Source: Oscillospiraceae bacterium
GTDB taxonomy: Bacteria; Bacillota; Clostridia; Oscillospirales; Oscillospiraceae
Direction: 5' to 3'
DNA length: 64,000 nucleotides
Assembly (NCBI GenBank): GCA_022804995.1
Contig: JAAWUC010000002.1
Location: forward strand, 464 to 64,463
Shown here: in pieces, positions 35,102 through 46,377 of the stretch
Position numbering within the stretch: the stretch's first letter is position 1
Layout: every line of letters begins with the position of its first letter
Program-made: the position numbers and the translations under genes
Notes under the pieces: model-generated
The model's database searches: none
What the model was told of the DNA's origin: nothing
The model's input: only the letters and a program-made list of their open reading frames with translations

Positions 35102-37051
35102 ATGACTGAACAGAATGAACTTGAGATGAACACAACCCAGGTGGACCACGCCTACGGCGGATCGGAGATCCAGGTCCTGGAGGGACTGGAGGCGGTGCGC
35201 AAGCGCCCCGGCATGTACATCGGCTCCACCAGCGAGTCGGGCCTGCACCACCTGGTTTACGAAATCGTGGACAACTCCATCGACGAGGCCCTGGCCGGCT
35301 TCTGCGACACCATCACCGTCTCTATCAACGAGGGCGACACTATCACCGTGGCTGACAACGGCCGGGGCATCCCGGTGGACATCCAGCCCCAGACGGGCCT
35401 GCCGGCCCTGGAGGTGGTATTCACCGTGCTCCACGCCGGCGGAAAGTTCGGCGGCGGGGGCTACAAGGTCTCCGGCGGCCTCCACGGCGTGGGCGCCAGC
35501 GTGGTCAACGCCCTGTCGGAGTGGCTGGAGGTCCAGGTGCGCAAGGATGGGAAGATCTATGAGATGAAATTCTCCCGCGGTGAGATCACCCAGCCTATGC
35601 GGGTGGTGGGGACTGCGGACCGCACGGGAACCACCGTCACCTTTAAGCCGGATCCGGAGATGTTCGATATTCTGACCTTCAGCTACGACACCATCCATAC
35701 CCGGATGCAGCAGCAGGCGTTTTTGAACGCCGGCCTGCGCATCTCCACCTTCGACAACCGGGAGGGCCGGGAGGAGGCTGACTCCATGTGCTACGAGGGC
35801 GGCATCCGGGAGTATGTGGACTGGCTCAACCAGAATAAGACCCCCATCCACGACGGCGCAGTCTACATGCGGGGGAAGAAGGACGACTCCTCCGTGGAGA
35901 TTGCCCTCCAGTATACGGACACCTACAGCGAGACCATTGTCTCCTTCGCCAACGACGTGCGCACACCCGAGGGCGGGATGCACGAGGAGGGCTTCAAGCG
36001 GGCCCTCACCACAGTTCTCAACGCCTACGGCAAAAAGGCCGGCATCATTAAGGGGGACGACAAGGTCTCCGGCGAAGACTGCCGGGAGGGTCTGACCTGC
36101 GTGATCTCCGTCAAGCTGACGGACGCCCAGTTTGAGGGCCAGACCAAGGCGAAGCTGGGCAACGCCTCCGTGCGGACCCTGACGGCGGCGGTGGTGTCCG
36201 AGAAGCTGGAGGAGTACCTGGAGGAGAATCCCCGGGTAGCCCGGACCATTCTGGATAAGGCCATGATGGCCAACCGGGCCCGGGAGGCCGCGAAAAAGGC
36301 CCGGGAGTCCGTCCGCAGGAAGACGGCCCTGGGCGGCGCGGCCATGCCGGATAAGCTGCGGGACTGCAACGAGAACAACCCGGAGCTGACAGAGCTCTAT
36401 ATCGTCGAGGGCGACTCGGCAGGCGGATCTGCCACCCAGGGCCGGGACAGCCGGTTCCAGGCCATCCTGCCCCTGTGGGGGAAGATGCTCAACGTGGAGA
36501 AGGCCCGGGTGGACAAGGTCTACGGCAACGACAAGCTCCAGCCTGTCATCACCGCTCTGGGAGCGGGCATCGGCGAGGAGTTCGATGTCAATAAGCTCCG
36601 CTACCACAAGATCATCATCATGGCCGATGCCGACGTGGACGGGAGCCATATCCGCACTCTTCTGCTGACCTTCTTTTTCCGCTTCATGCGCCCGCTGATT
36701 GAGCAGGGCTACGTCTACTCCGCCGTGCCGCCCCTCTTCAAGCTCACCCGGGGCAAGACCACCCGCCTGGCCTTCTCCGAGCCGGAGCGGGACGCCATCT
36801 CCTCAGAGCTCCGAGGCGACAACCCCAACGCCAAGGTGGACATCAGCCGCTTCAAGGGCCTGGGCGAGATGAACCCCCACGAGCTGTGGGAGACCACCAT
36901 GGACCCGGAGCGGCGGACTCTGCGGCGCATTGAGCTGGACGACGCGGTCCAGGCCGACGCCACCTTCACCGTCCTCATGGGGGAGAAGGTGGAGCCCAGA
37001 AAGGAATTTATCGAGAAAAACGCCAAATACGCGGTGAATCTCGACTACTAA
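35102..37051 (+). CDS. gyrB: DNA gyrase subunit B
   Basis: GHKL ATPase ([17 protein letters not shown]), Toprim motif EGDSAGGSA, and [12 protein letters not shown]. Confidence 0.97.
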   Translation: MTEQNELEMNTTQVDHAYGGSEIQVLEGLEAVRKRPGMYIGSTSESGLHHLVYEIVDNSIDEALAGFCDTITVSINEGDTITVADNGRGIPVDIQPQTGLPALEVVFTVLHAGGKFGGGGYKVSGGLHGVGASVVNALSEWLEVQVRKDGKIYEMKFSRGEITQPMRVVGTADRTGTTVTFKPDPEMFDILTFSYDTIHTRMQQQAFLNAGLRISTFDNREGREEADSMCYEGGIREYVDWLNQNKTPIHDGAVYMRGKKDDSSVEIALQYTDTYSETIVSFANDVRTPEGGMHEEGFKRALTTVLNAYGKKAGIIKGDDKVSGEDCREGLTCVISVKLTDAQFEGQTKAKLGNASVRTLTAAVVSEKLEEYLEENPRVARTILDKAMMANRAREAAKKARESVRRKTALGGAAMPDKLRDCNENNPELTELYIVEGDSAGGSATQGRDSRFQAILPLWGKMLNVEKARVDKVYGNDKLQPVITALGAGIGEEFDVNKLRYHKIIIMADADVDGSHIRTLLLTFFFRFMRPLIEQGYVYSAVPPLFKLTRGKTTRLAFSEPERDAISSELRGDNPNAKVDISRFKGLGEMNPHELWETTMDPERRTLRRIELDDAVQADATFTVLMGEKVEPRKEFIEKNAKYAVNLDY

Positions 37052-37063
37052 AGGGAGAATAGC

Positions 37064-39571
37064 ATGAGCAAAAAGCCACAGTACGATCCCGAGGAGATCC
37101 GTTTTCCGGATCAGAAGATCATCTCCTCCCCTCTGGTGCCGGAGATGGAGAAGTCCTATATTGAGTACGCCATGTCGGTCATCGTGGGCCGGGCCCTGCC
37201 GGACGTCCGGGACGGGCTCAAGCCGGTCCACCGCCGGATCCTCTACGCCATGTACGAGGATAATCTGACCAGCGACAAGCCCTTCAAGAAGTCGGCCACC
37301 TGTGTGGGCGACGTGCTGGGCCGGTACCACCCCCACGGCGACGCCTCCGTCTATGACGCCCTGGTTCGTCTGGCCCAGGACTTCTCCATGCGCTATATGC
37401 TGGTGGACGGCCACGGCAACTTCGGCTCCGTGGACGGCGATCCTCCGGCGGCCTACCGGTATACCGAGGCCCGGCTCTCCAGAATCTCCGACGAGATGCT
37501 CCGGGACATCGACAAGGACACGGTGGACTGGGACCCCAACTTTGACGAGTCCCGGAAGGAGCCACGGGTCCTGCCCAGCCGCTTCCCCAACCTGCTGGTG
37601 AACGGATCCGCCGGCATTGCCGTGGGCATGGCTACCAACATCCCCCCTCACAACCTGCGGGAGGTCATTGGGGCCTGCGTCCACGTGCTGGACAATCCGG
37701 AGGCGGATCTTGGCAGTCTGATGGAGTATATCAAGGGCCCCGACTTCCCCACCCGGGGCATCATCATGGGCCGGGCCGGCATCCGGCAGGCCTACGCCAC
37801 GGGCCGGGGCCATATCCGCATCCGGGCCAGGACGGAGTTTGAGGAGTTCGGCCAGAACCGCACCCGCATCATCGTCACCGAGATCCCCTACCAGGTGAAC
37901 AAGCGGATGCTGATCAAGAACATGGCGGACCAGGTGGAGGACAAGCGTCTGGAGGGCATCAGCGATATCAGGGACGAGTCCGACCGCAACGGCATGCGCA
38001 TCGTCGTGGAGCTCAAGCGGGACGCAAACCCCCAGGTGGTTCTCAACCGCCTCTTCGCCCAGACCCAGCTCCAGACCACCTTTGCCATCAATATGCTGGC
38101 CCTGGTGAACAACCAGTCCCAGCCCAGGATCCTCTCCCTGCGCCACATCATCGACGAATATTTGAAATATCAGGAAGAGATCATCATCCGCCGCACCAAG
38201 TTCGATCTGAAGAAGGCCCAGGAGCGGGCCCATCTTCTGGAGGGCCTGCTCCTGGCCCAGGACAACATCGACGAGGTAATCCGGATCATCCGATCCAGCT
38301 ACAGCGAGGCCAAGGAGCGGCTGATGGAGCGCTTCGGCTTTGACGATGTCCAGGCCCAGGCCATCTGCGATATGCGTCTCATCTCCCTCCAGGGCCTCAA
38401 CCGGGAGAAGCTGGAGACGGAGTACAGGGAGATCGAGGAGCGCATCGCCTATTACCAGAGCCTCCTGGCCGACGAGGCCATGCTCAAGGGCGTCCTCAAG
38501 GAGGAGCTGGAGGCCATCGCCAATAAATACGGCGACGACCGTGTGACGGAGATCGGCTTTGACGAGGACGATCTGGACGTGGAGGACCTCATCGAGGAGG
38601 AGCAGTGCGTCTACACCCTCACCCAGGGGGGCTATATCAAGCGCACCCCCGCCAGCGAGTACCGCCTCCAGGGCAAGGGCGGCAAGGGCAACAAGTCCAT
38701 GTCCACCAAGGAGGAGGACAGCGTCAACACCGTGTTCACCGCCTCCACCCACGACTACATTCTCTTCTTCACCAATACAGGCCGGGTATACCGGCGCAAG
38801 GGCTACCAGATCCCCGCCTCCGGCAAGACGGCCAAGGGCACCAATATTGTCAACATCCTCCCGGTGGAGCCCGGGGAGGCCATCAGCGCCATGATCTCCA
38901 CCGGCGATATCTCCGCCGGGGAACGCTTCCTTGTGATGGTCACCCGCAGCGGCACCGTCAAGCGCCTTCCCGGGGAGTCCCTGCGGAATCTGCGCAGCAA
39001 CGGCATCCGTGCCATCACCCTGGATGAGGGGGACGAGCTCATCTCCGTCCGGGAGACGGACGGCGGCATGAAGATCCTCATCGCCACCCGCGATGGATCG
39101 GCGGTCTGCTTCGACGAATCCGATATCCGCCCCACGGGCCGGGGATCCATGGGCGTACGAGGCATCCGCCTGCGTCCGGACGACTATGTGGTGGGCGCGG
39201 CCCGGGCTGTCCCCGGCAAAAACGTCCTGACCATCACGGAGAAGGGCTACGGCAAGCAGACTCCGGTGGAGGAGTACCGCGTCACCGCCCGGGGCGGCCT
39301 TGGCATCAAGAACTACGGCCTTACGGACAAGACCGGCAAGGTGGTGGGCATCAAGGTGGTGGACGGCAGCGAGGATCTGCTGGTCCTCACGGAGAAGGGC
39401 ATTCTCCTGCGCACCGCCGTGGATACCATCAAGACCTGCGGCCGGTCCACCCAGGGCGTTATCGTCATGCGCTTCAAGGAGGAGGACGACAAGGTCATCT
39501 CCATCGCCCTCACCGAGCGGGAGGAGGTCCAGGAGGCCGCGGAAACCGCCCAGGAGTCTGAGAATCCCTGA
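37064..39571 (+). CDS. gyrA: DNA gyrase subunit A
   Basis: Active-site region [15 protein letters not shown]-like [17 protein letters not shown], a C-terminal beta-pinwheel and an acidic tail. Confidence 0.97.
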   Translation: MSKKPQYDPEEIRFPDQKIISSPLVPEMEKSYIEYAMSVIVGRALPDVRDGLKPVHRRILYAMYEDNLTSDKPFKKSATCVGDVLGRYHPHGDASVYDALVRLAQDFSMRYMLVDGHGNFGSVDGDPPAAYRYTEARLSRISDEMLRDIDKDTVDWDPNFDESRKEPRVLPSRFPNLLVNGSAGIAVGMATNIPPHNLREVIGACVHVLDNPEADLGSLMEYIKGPDFPTRGIIMGRAGIRQAYATGRGHIRIRARTEFEEFGQNRTRIIVTEIPYQVNKRMLIKNMADQVEDKRLEGISDIRDESDRNGMRIVVELKRDANPQVVLNRLFAQTQLQTTFAINMLALVNNQSQPRILSLRHIIDEYLKYQEEIIIRRTKFDLKKAQERAHLLEGLLLAQDNIDEVIRIIRSSYSEAKERLMERFGFDDVQAQAICDMRLISLQGLNREKLETEYREIEERIAYYQSLLADEAMLKGVLKEELEAIANKYGDDRVTEIGFDEDDLDVEDLIEEEQCVYTLTQGGYIKRTPASEYRLQGKGGKGNKSMSTKEEDSVNTVFTASTHDYILFFTNTGRVYRRKGYQIPASGKTAKGTNIVNILPVEPGEAISAMISTGDISAGERFLVMVTRSGTVKRLPGESLRNLRSNGIRAITLDEGDELISVRETDGGMKILIATRDGSAVCFDESDIRPTGRGSMGVRGIRLRPDDYVVGAARAVPGKNVLTITEKGYGKQTPVEEYRVTARGGLGIKNYGLTDKTGKVVGIKVVDGSEDLLVLTEKGILLRTAVDTIKTCGRSTQGVIVMRFKEEDDKVISIALTEREEVQEAAETAQESENP

Positions 39572-40335
39572 TGAAACGCATCTATGCCTCCTTCGTCATA
39601 GCCTTCTCCACCTACTCCAAGATCCCCATGCCCCAGGTGGAGTGGAGCGAGGCCAATATGCGCCATACCCTGTCCTTTTTCCCCCTGGTGGGAGCGGTGC
39701 TGGGCCTCTTGTTCTGCGCCGCCGCCCGGATCTGCGCCCTTCTGAACCTGGGCCCCGTCCTCACGGCGGCGGTCCTCACCGCCCTCCCGGTCCTCCTCAC
39801 CGGCGGCATCCACCTGGACGGCTACTGCGACACCATCGACGCCCTCTCCTCCCACGCCCCCCGGGAGAAGAAGCTGCAAATCCTCAAGGACTCCAACGCC
39901 GGCGCCTTCGCGGTTATCTGGTGCTGTGTCTGGTTTGTCCTCTATTTCGGCCTGCTCACGGAGTTGCGCAGTACCGGAGCCGCTGCCGCCGGCTTTCTTC
40001 TCAGCCGCGCCTTCAGCGCCCTGGCGGTCGCCCGCCTGCCCTCCGCCCGGGCGGGGATGGGAGCCTCCCTGAAATCCGGAAGCCGCTATCCCCTCTGGGT
40101 CTTTCTGGTGTATTTGTTGATTTTTCTTGCCGTCTCCTGGCTGACGGGGGCCCTTCTGCCAGGCTGTGCGGCCATGTTTTCCACAATTATCTTCTATTTT
40201 GTGTATAAGTCCATAGCGCTGCGGGAATTTGGCGGCTTCACCGGCGATTTGGCGGGCTGGTTTCTACAGGTCTGCGAGCTGGTGATCCTGGCCTCCCTGG
40301 TCCTGACGGAAAAGGCGGCGGTCCTATGCCTCTGA
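39571..40335 (+). CDS. cobS: adenosylcobinamide-GDP ribazoletransferase (cobalamin synthase)
   Basis: The ATG overlaps the gyrA TGA (TGATG). Polytopic protein with TYSKIPMP and LDGYCDTIDAL motifs. Confidence 0.9.
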   Translation: MKRIYASFVIAFSTYSKIPMPQVEWSEANMRHTLSFFPLVGAVLGLLFCAAARICALLNLGPVLTAAVLTALPVLLTGGIHLDGYCDTIDALSSHAPREKKLQILKDSNAGAFAVIWCCVWFVLYFGLLTELRSTGAAAAGFLLSRAFSALAVARLPSARAGMGASLKSGSRYPLWVFLVYLLIFLAVSWLTGALLPGCAAMFSTIIFYFVYKSIALREFGGFTGDLAGWFLQVCELVILASLVLTEKAAVLCL

Positions 40336-40886
40336 ATATCCTGTTTATCCGCCACGGCCAGACCCAGGGCAACCTGGAGCGCCGCTACATCGGCTCCACG
40401 GATCAGCCCCTCTGCCCCGAGGGCCGGGAGGCTCTGGCTGGCCGTCAGCTGCCTCCAGCTAATCAAATCTATGCCTCCCCCCTCCTCCGCTGCCGGGAGA
40501 CGGCCTCTCTTCTCTTTCCGTCTCAGCCCTTCGAGGTCGTGGAGGATTTCCGGGAGTGTGATTTCGGCGCCTTCGAGAACCATACCTACGAGGAGCTGAA
40601 GGACGACCCGGCCTATCAGCTCTGGCTGGATACGGCTGGCGAGATACCGCCGCCCGGCGGCGAGAGCAAGGCCGCCCAAAAGATCCGCACTCTGGGAGCC
40701 TTTCACTCCGTCATCTCCCGGCACAGCGCCGGAACCATTGCCCTGGTAGTCCACGGCGGCACTATCATGGCCATTCTGGAATCCCTGGAGCCCACCCATG
40801 AGTTCTACCGCTGGCAGGCGGAAAACGGCTGCGGCTGGCTCTGCGCTTGGGACGGAAGGAGCTTGACCGTAATATCCAGCTATTAA
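40326..40886 (+). CDS. cobC: histidine phosphatase family protein (alpha-ribazole phosphatase CobC-like)
   Basis: RHG motif ILFIRHGQTQGN. Overlaps the cobS 3' end by 10 nt. Confidence 0.8.
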   Translation: MPLNILFIRHGQTQGNLERRYIGSTDQPLCPEGREALAGRQLPPANQIYASPLLRCRETASLLFPSQPFEVVEDFRECDFGAFENHTYEELKDDPAYQLWLDTAGEIPPPGGESKAAQKIRTLGAFHSVISRHSAGTIALVVHGGTIMAILESLEPTHEFYRWQAENGCGWLCAWDGRSLTVISSY

Positions 40887-40926
40887 AAGGGCAGTACAGT
40901 TTCACCTGTACTGCCCTTCCCGTTTC

Positions 40927-42582
40927 CTATATCCGATTGACCACCGGAATGACCATAGGACTGCGCTTGGTGTGCTTGAAGAGATACCCGCTGACAGCGG
41001 ACTTGACGGCGCTTCTCAGTTCGCCCAGATCCTTTGCGTTTTTCTCCACCACCGTCTCCGCAGTCTTCCCGGCCACCTCCCGGAGCTCCCGCATCATATC
41101 CTCGGACTCCTTCACATAGATAAAGCCCCTGGTGATAATCTCCGGCTCGCTGATCAGGTGCCCGTTCTGAATATTGAGAATGATCACCACCATGCCGTCC
41201 TCAGCCAGAATCTTCCGATCCCGGAGCACCACGGCCCCCACGTCGCCCACGCCGCTGCCGTCCACGAACACGGAGCCGGAGGGCGCGGGATTCTCGGCGA
41301 TTTTGATCGTTTTGGTGGTCAGCTCTATCACGCTGCCGATGTCGGGCAGAACCATATTTTTCTGGTCCATCCCCATCTCCATAGCCAGCGCCATATGGCG
41401 GCGCAGCATTTTCTGTTCCCCGTGAAGCGGCACAAAGAACTTGGGCCTGGTCAGCGCGTGAATGATTTTCAGCTCCTCCTGGCAGGCGTGCCCAGACACA
41501 TGGAGGGCGTCGGACTTGTCGTAGACCACATCCACATTCTTCCGGAACAGCTCGTTGATCACCTTGCCAATCGTCTTCTCATTCCCGGGGATAGCGCTGG
41601 CGGAGACGATCACCCGGTCCCCGGGCCCCACGTCAATCTGCCGGTGCTGGGAGAAGGCCATCCGGTACAGGGCGCTCATCTCCTCCCCCTGGCTCCCGGT
41701 GGTCACCAGCACCTGCTTGTCCAGGGGCATGGATTTGATCTTGTTGATGTCCACCACCGTGTTCTTGGGCAGCTTCATGTACCCCAGCTCTGTGGACACC
41801 CGCATGATATTTTCCATGCTCCGCCCAGTCACGGCCACCTTCCGCCCGCAGGCGGCGGCGGCGTCAATGACCTGCTGAATCCGGTGTACGTTGGAGGCGA
41901 AGGTGGTGACAATGATCCGCTGCTTGCACCCGTTGAAGAGCCGGTCAAAGGTCTTGCCCACGATGGACTCGCTCATGGTGTACCCGGGCCTCTCCACATT
42001 GGTGGAGTCCGCCAGCAGGGCCAGCACGCCCTCCTTCCCCAGCTCGCCGAAGCGCCCCAGGTCGATCACGTCCCCGTCGATAGGCGTGGAATCAATCTTG
42101 AAGTCCCCGGTGTGGATGATCACACCCATGCTGGTGTGGATAGCAAAGGCCACGGAGTCGGCAATGGAGTGGTTCACATGGATGAACTCCACATAGAACT
42201 TCCCGGCCCGGATCATCTCCCCGGCCTCCACAGTAATCAGTTTGGTCTGCTTGAGCAGGCCGTGCTCCTCCAGCTTGAGCTTGATCAGCCCGGCTGTAAA
42301 TCTGGTGCAGTAAATGGGCATGTTCACCTGCCGGAGCACATAGGGAATGGAGCCGATGTGGTCCTCGTGTCCGTGGGTGATGAAGAGCCCCCGGATCCGT
42401 CCCTTGTTTTTCACCAGATAGGACACGTCGGGGATCACCAGATCGATCCCGTACATGTTCCCGTCCGGGAAGCCCATGCCGCAGTCGACGACGATCATCT
42501 CGCCGCCGTGCTCATAGACCGTCATGTTCTTTCCGATCTCATTGAGACCGCCGAGGGGAATAATTTTCATTTTTTCTGCCAA
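40927..42582 (-). CDS. rnj: ribonuclease J
   Basis: KIIPLGGLNEIGKNMTVYE and the MBL motif FITHGHEDHIGSIPY, followed by beta-CASP and C-terminal domains. The TTG start at 42582 is 7 nt after AAGGAG. Confidence 0.9.
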   Translation of the reverse strand: MAEKMKIIPLGGLNEIGKNMTVYEHGGEMIVVDCGMGFPDGNMYGIDLVIPDVSYLVKNKGRIRGLFITHGHEDHIGSIPYVLRQVNMPIYCTRFTAGLIKLKLEEHGLLKQTKLITVEAGEMIRAGKFYVEFIHVNHSIADSVAFAIHTSMGVIIHTGDFKIDSTPIDGDVIDLGRFGELGKEGVLALLADSTNVERPGYTMSESIVGKTFDRLFNGCKQRIIVTTFASNVHRIQQVIDAAAACGRKVAVTGRSMENIMRVSTELGYMKLPKNTVVDINKIKSMPLDKQVLVTTGSQGEEMSALYRMAFSQHRQIDVGPGDRVIVSASAIPGNEKTIGKVINELFRKNVDVVYDKSDALHVSGHACQEELKIIHALTRPKFFVPLHGEQKMLRRHMALAMEMGMDQKNMVLPDIGSVIELTTKTIKIAENPAPSGSVFVDGSGVGDVGAVVLRDRKILAEDGMVVIILNIQNGHLISEPEIITRGFIYVKESEDMMRELREVAGKTAETVVEKNAKDLGELRSAVKSAVSGYLFKHTKRSPMVIPVVNRI

Positions 42583-42959
42583 AACAGGTCACTCCTTTTT
42601 GTCGAAAACAGTCAAAATCCGGCTGTAAAAAGCGCAACGCAATAAGACGGGAGAGAGCCTCTCAAATTTCCGCGCCCCGCTTCGCGCGGAGGAGAGAGAC
42701 TGACGCCCGCTATGTAGATCCGATTCTGTTTTCCGTATTATTTCATCACGGGACACGCCGCAGCTGCCCGAGAAAAAATCAGTCAAACGGCGGAGCCCAC
42801 CGCCGGGTCCGCACATATACCGCATTAGTATACCACACTTTTGGGAAAAAGTATACAGAAATTTTCGGTCAGCCCGGATTTTTTGGGGAGCGATCCTCCG
42901 CCCTCCCCAAAACCCCGGCGGAGCCGTTCGGATCCCCACGGAAAAAATTCGGAGCCCTC

Positions 42960-42988
42960 TTGCTCTTTTTCTAAAAATATAGTATACT
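42960..42988 (+). promoter_or_regulatory. candidate zapA promoter
   Basis: TTGCTC (42960-42965), 17 nt spacer, TATACT (42983-42988). Confidence 0.45.
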
Positions 42989-43046
42989 TTCCATAAAATT
43001 ATTCTGGAATGTTGTAACCATCCATACGAAAAAGGGAGGACGTGCA

Positions 43047-43379
43047 ATGGAAAACAGTGTGAGTGTCAGCATCTGCGGCATGAAGTATACCTTCCTCTCG
43101 GAGGAGAACCCGTCCTACATGGAGAAAGTTGCCGCGCTGGTGGACGTGAAGATGGAGGAGATCCTGTCCGGCGGCAAAATCAACCAGATGGACGCGGCCA
43201 TTCTCACCGCCGTCAACCTGGCCGACGAGATGATCAAGCAGCAGGGCAACGCGGAGAATCTGCGGGCCCAGCTCAAGGGCTACCTGGACGAGGCCAACAA
43301 GGCCAAGGCGGAGCTCAGCGAGAGCAAGCGGGAGATCTTCAAGCTCCAGCAGCAGATCCAGAAGCTGGAGAAGAAGTAG
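43047..43379 (+). CDS. zapA: cell division protein ZapA
   Basis: 110 aa. N-terminal VSICGMKYTFLSEENPSYMEKVAALVD and a C-terminal coiled coil. Confidence 0.85.
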   Translation: MENSVSVSICGMKYTFLSEENPSYMEKVAALVDVKMEEILSGGKINQMDAAILTAVNLADEMIKQQGNAENLRAQLKGYLDEANKAKAELSESKREIFKLQQQIQKLEKK

Positions 43380-43383
43380 GCCC

Positions 43384-45477
43384 ATGGAGCTTCTCTCACC
43401 CGCCGGCCGCTGGGAGGCCATGATCGCCGCCGTACAGAACGGGGCGGACGCCGTCTACCTGGGCTGCGGCTCGTTGAACGCCCGCCGGGGCGCGGAAAAC
43501 TTTACCCCTGACCAGCTGCCCCAGGCGGCGGACTACTGCCGCCTCTACGGGGTTAAGCTCTACCTGACCCTCAATACCCTCCCCTCTGACCGGGAGTTTT
43601 CCGAGGCGGAGCACATGCTCCGCCTGGCAAGCCGCTGCGGTGTGGACGGCGTCATTGTCCAGGACTGGGGCGTCGCCGCCCTGGCCCGGGCCGTCACCCC
43701 GGACCTCCCCCTCCACGGATCCACCCAGATGACGGTCCATACCCTCTCCGGGGTGGAACAGGCGGCGGCGCTGGGCATGTCCTGCGCCGTCCTGGGCCGG
43801 GAGCTGGACCGGGAAAATGTCCGCCATATCTGCGCCCGCAGTCCGATTCCGATTGAGGTTTTCGCCCACGGGGCCCTGTGTATGTGCTGGTCCGGCCAGT
43901 GCGCCATGAGCGCCCTCATCGGCCAGCGCAGCGGCAACCGGGGCCTGTGTGCCCAGCCCTGCCGCCTGCCCTGCCGCTTCGACGGCGGGAAGCCCTCCCA
44001 CCTCCTGAGCCTGAAGGACGCCTGTATGGCCTCCCGCCTCTCGGAGCTCCGGGATATGGGCGTCTCCATCCTGAAGCTGGAGGGCCGCATGAAGCGTCCG
44101 GAGTATGTGGCCATCATCACCCGTATCTACGCCAATCTTCTGAAGGAGGACCGCCTGCCCACTCCAGCGGAGCTGGACCAGCTGGCCCTGGCTTTCTCCC
44201 GGGACGGCTTCACCGACGCCTACTGGCGGGGAAAACCGGGTCCGGACATGTTCGGCACCCGGAGCGAAAACGCCCCGGACCCTACCGCCCTGTTTCAGGA
44301 GGCCAAAGCGGCCTATGAACGAGGCGATCTGCGCACCGTTCCCGTCCGGATGGAGGCGGACTTCCCGGCGGATCAGCCCTGCCGCCTCACCGTCTCAGAC
44401 ACCGACGGCCATAGGGTCTCCGCCAGCGGCCCCGTCCCGGAGCCGGCCCGCTCCCGATCCTTGAATCCGGAGGATGTCAAAGCCCGCCTGTCCAAAACCG
44501 GCGGCACCGCCTTCCGTTCAACGGAGACGGCAGTAACGCTGGCCCCGGACCTGTTTCTCCCCGCCAGCGAGATCAACGCCCTGCGCCGGGACGGCCTGGA
44601 GCGGTTGACCGCCCTGCGGACCGCGAAGCCGGCCCGCCGGGAATCCCCGGCTCCTCCCCCGCCTCCGAACACATACACCACAAAGGAACCAGCCTTTACC
44701 GTGTCTCTCACCAGTGCCTCCCAGCTGACGGACGTGCTTCTGGATCTCTTTCCGGCGGTCGTCTACCTCCCTGTGGAGCGTATAGAGGCGTTTTCGCTGG
44801 AGAGCCGTCCCGGTGTCGAATTCTGCGCCGCTCTGCCCCGTATCTGCAAGGACAGCGAAATGCCCGCCCTTCTCCGCCTTCTGGAGACGGCGAAGGAGAA
44901 AGGCTGTACTTCTTTGGCCGTCCAAAATATCGGGCAGCTCCCCCTGGCGGAGAAATTCGGCTTCACCGCAAGGGGCGATTATGCCCTGAATGTTTTCAAC
45001 AGCCGCTCTCTGGACCAGCTCCGGGCCTGGGGCCTTCAAAGCGCCTGCCTCTCCTTCGAGCTGCGCTATGAGCAGATCCGAGACCTGCAAAAGCCTCTCC
45101 CCTGTGAGTCCATCGTCTATGGCCGTCTCCCCCTGATGGTCACGGAGAACTGTCTCATCTCCAATGCCGGGAAGGGTTGTTCCGCCCGAATGGGCCTTCC
45201 CACCCCTTGTGACCGGCCTCATACAATAACAGACCGTAAAAATGAGGTGTTTCCAATCCTCCCCGTATTCGGCTGCAGAAGCGAGATTGAGAACAGCAAG
45301 ACCCTCTTCCTGGCGGATAAACCGGAGTATCGCCGCTGCGGCCTGACCTGCGCCCGTCTCCGCTTCACCACGGAGACGCCGGAGGAATGCGTCCAGCTCC
45401 TGAGGCGCTATCAGGGAAGGAGCGGGGATATCCCCGCCTCCTATACCAGAGGTCTTTTCTATCGCGGTGTGGAATAA
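43384..45477 (+). CDS. peptidase U32 family protein (long form)
   Basis: MELLSPAGRWEAMIAAVQNGADAVYLGC, Cys-rich CMCWSGQCAMS, and KLEGRMK motifs. Confidence 0.85.
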   Translation: MELLSPAGRWEAMIAAVQNGADAVYLGCGSLNARRGAENFTPDQLPQAADYCRLYGVKLYLTLNTLPSDREFSEAEHMLRLASRCGVDGVIVQDWGVAALARAVTPDLPLHGSTQMTVHTLSGVEQAAALGMSCAVLGRELDRENVRHICARSPIPIEVFAHGALCMCWSGQCAMSALIGQRSGNRGLCAQPCRLPCRFDGGKPSHLLSLKDACMASRLSELRDMGVSILKLEGRMKRPEYVAIITRIYANLLKEDRLPTPAELDQLALAFSRDGFTDAYWRGKPGPDMFGTRSENAPDPTALFQEAKAAYERGDLRTVPVRMEADFPADQPCRLTVSDTDGHRVSASGPVPEPARSRSLNPEDVKARLSKTGGTAFRSTETAVTLAPDLFLPASEINALRRDGLERLTALRTAKPARRESPAPPPPPNTYTTKEPAFTVSLTSASQLTDVLLDLFPAVVYLPVERIEAFSLESRPGVEFCAALPRICKDSEMPALLRLLETAKEKGCTSLAVQNIGQLPLAEKFGFTARGDYALNVFNSRSLDQLRAWGLQSACLSFELRYEQIRDLQKPLPCESIVYGRLPLMVTENCLISNAGKGCSARMGLPTPCDRPHTITDRKNEVFPILPVFGCRSEIENSKTLFLADKPEYRRCGLTCARLRFTTETPEECVQLLRRYQGRSGDIPASYTRGLFYRGVE

Positions 45478-45573
45478 CCTGTTTATTTAGTCCTTTTTTT
45501 TGTATTGGTGAGTTCAAGCGCTGTCCATTCCACGGATGACAGCTTTTAGTAATTTGAAAACAAGGGTGTAAAA

Positions 45574-46377
45574 ATGTTTAAGATAACGCAAAAAAATAAC
45601 ATCATCACAAAAAAACCGTTTGAATGCAAGAGAGATCATCTCACAATTCGGGGGACCGAATATAGGCCAACAGGAGAAAGTTTACCGATAGCAATCGTTT
45701 GCCATGGTTTTATGGCATTTCAAGACACAGTGAAGCAATATGCAATAGAGCTGGCGAATATGGGGTATTTAACCTATACGTTTGATTTTTGCGGAGGCAG
45801 TGTTATCAAAGGGAAAAGCGATGGATTGACAACCGAAATGTCCGTATTAACGGAAGTTAAGGATTTAGAAAGCGTACTTGACTATGCGGCGAGCAGAGAA
45901 TATGCGAATCAAAATGATATTGTTGTTATGGGATGCAGCCAGGGTGGATTTGTTTCTTCTTTAGCTGCAGCAAAGGAAAACTATAACATAAAGAAATTGA
46001 TTCTCTTTTACCCTGCGTTTTGCATTCCAGATGACGCCAGGGCAGGAAAGATGATGTCTGCGAGATTTGACCCCAATCATTTGCCGGAGGTCATTCAATG
46101 TGGCCCTATGAAGCTTGGCAAATGTTATGTGGAGGATGTTATAAGAATAGATCCATTTCAGGAAATCAAGGGCTATAAGAACGATGTTTTAATCGTTCAC
46201 GGAGCAAAAGATGAAATTGTAAATATAAAGTATTCAAAGAAGGCATATAAAACCTACAGGGATATAAGTGCAGATAGAAAGGCAAGAATTGAAATCATTA
46301 AAAATGGCGGACATGGTTTTTCAAGAGAAATAGATAAAATTGCAAAAGAAATATTAAATGATTTTATGGTATCATAA
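45574..46377 (+). CDS. alpha/beta hydrolase (dienelactone hydrolase/S9-like), AT-rich gene
   Basis: Nucleophile elbow GCSQGG, later HGAKDEIV and GGHGF (catalytic triad context). Codon usage and GC clearly differ from the flanks. Confidence 0.75.
   Translation: MFKITQKNNIITKKPFECKRDHLTIRGTEYRPTGESLPIAIVCHGFMAFQDTVKQYAIELANMGYLTYTFDFCGGSVIKGKSDGLTTEMSVLTEVKDLESVLDYAASREYANQNDIVVMGCSQGGFVSSLAAAKENYNIKKLILFYPAFCIPDDARAGKMMSARFDPNHLPEVIQCGPMKLGKCYVEDVIRIDPFQEIKGYKNDVLIVHGAKDEIVNIKYSKKAYKTYRDISADRKARIEIIKNGGHGFSREIDKIAKEILNDFMVS

Noticed and set aside
42600-42606. TGTCGAA (Spo0A-box consensus) next to the rnj RBS.
   Set aside because: It is a single 7-mer on the non-template side inside the RBS region. 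That is expected by chance, and no second box is present.
42826-42992. Recurrent GTATAC-containing words (AAAAGTATAC at about 42850, GTATACTTT at about 42982) as half-sites of the P1-P3 palindrome family.
   Set aside because: Only about 9 nt are shared. The words coincide with -10-like TATACT hexamers in an AT-rich spacer, so there is not enough evidence to link them to the palindrome family.
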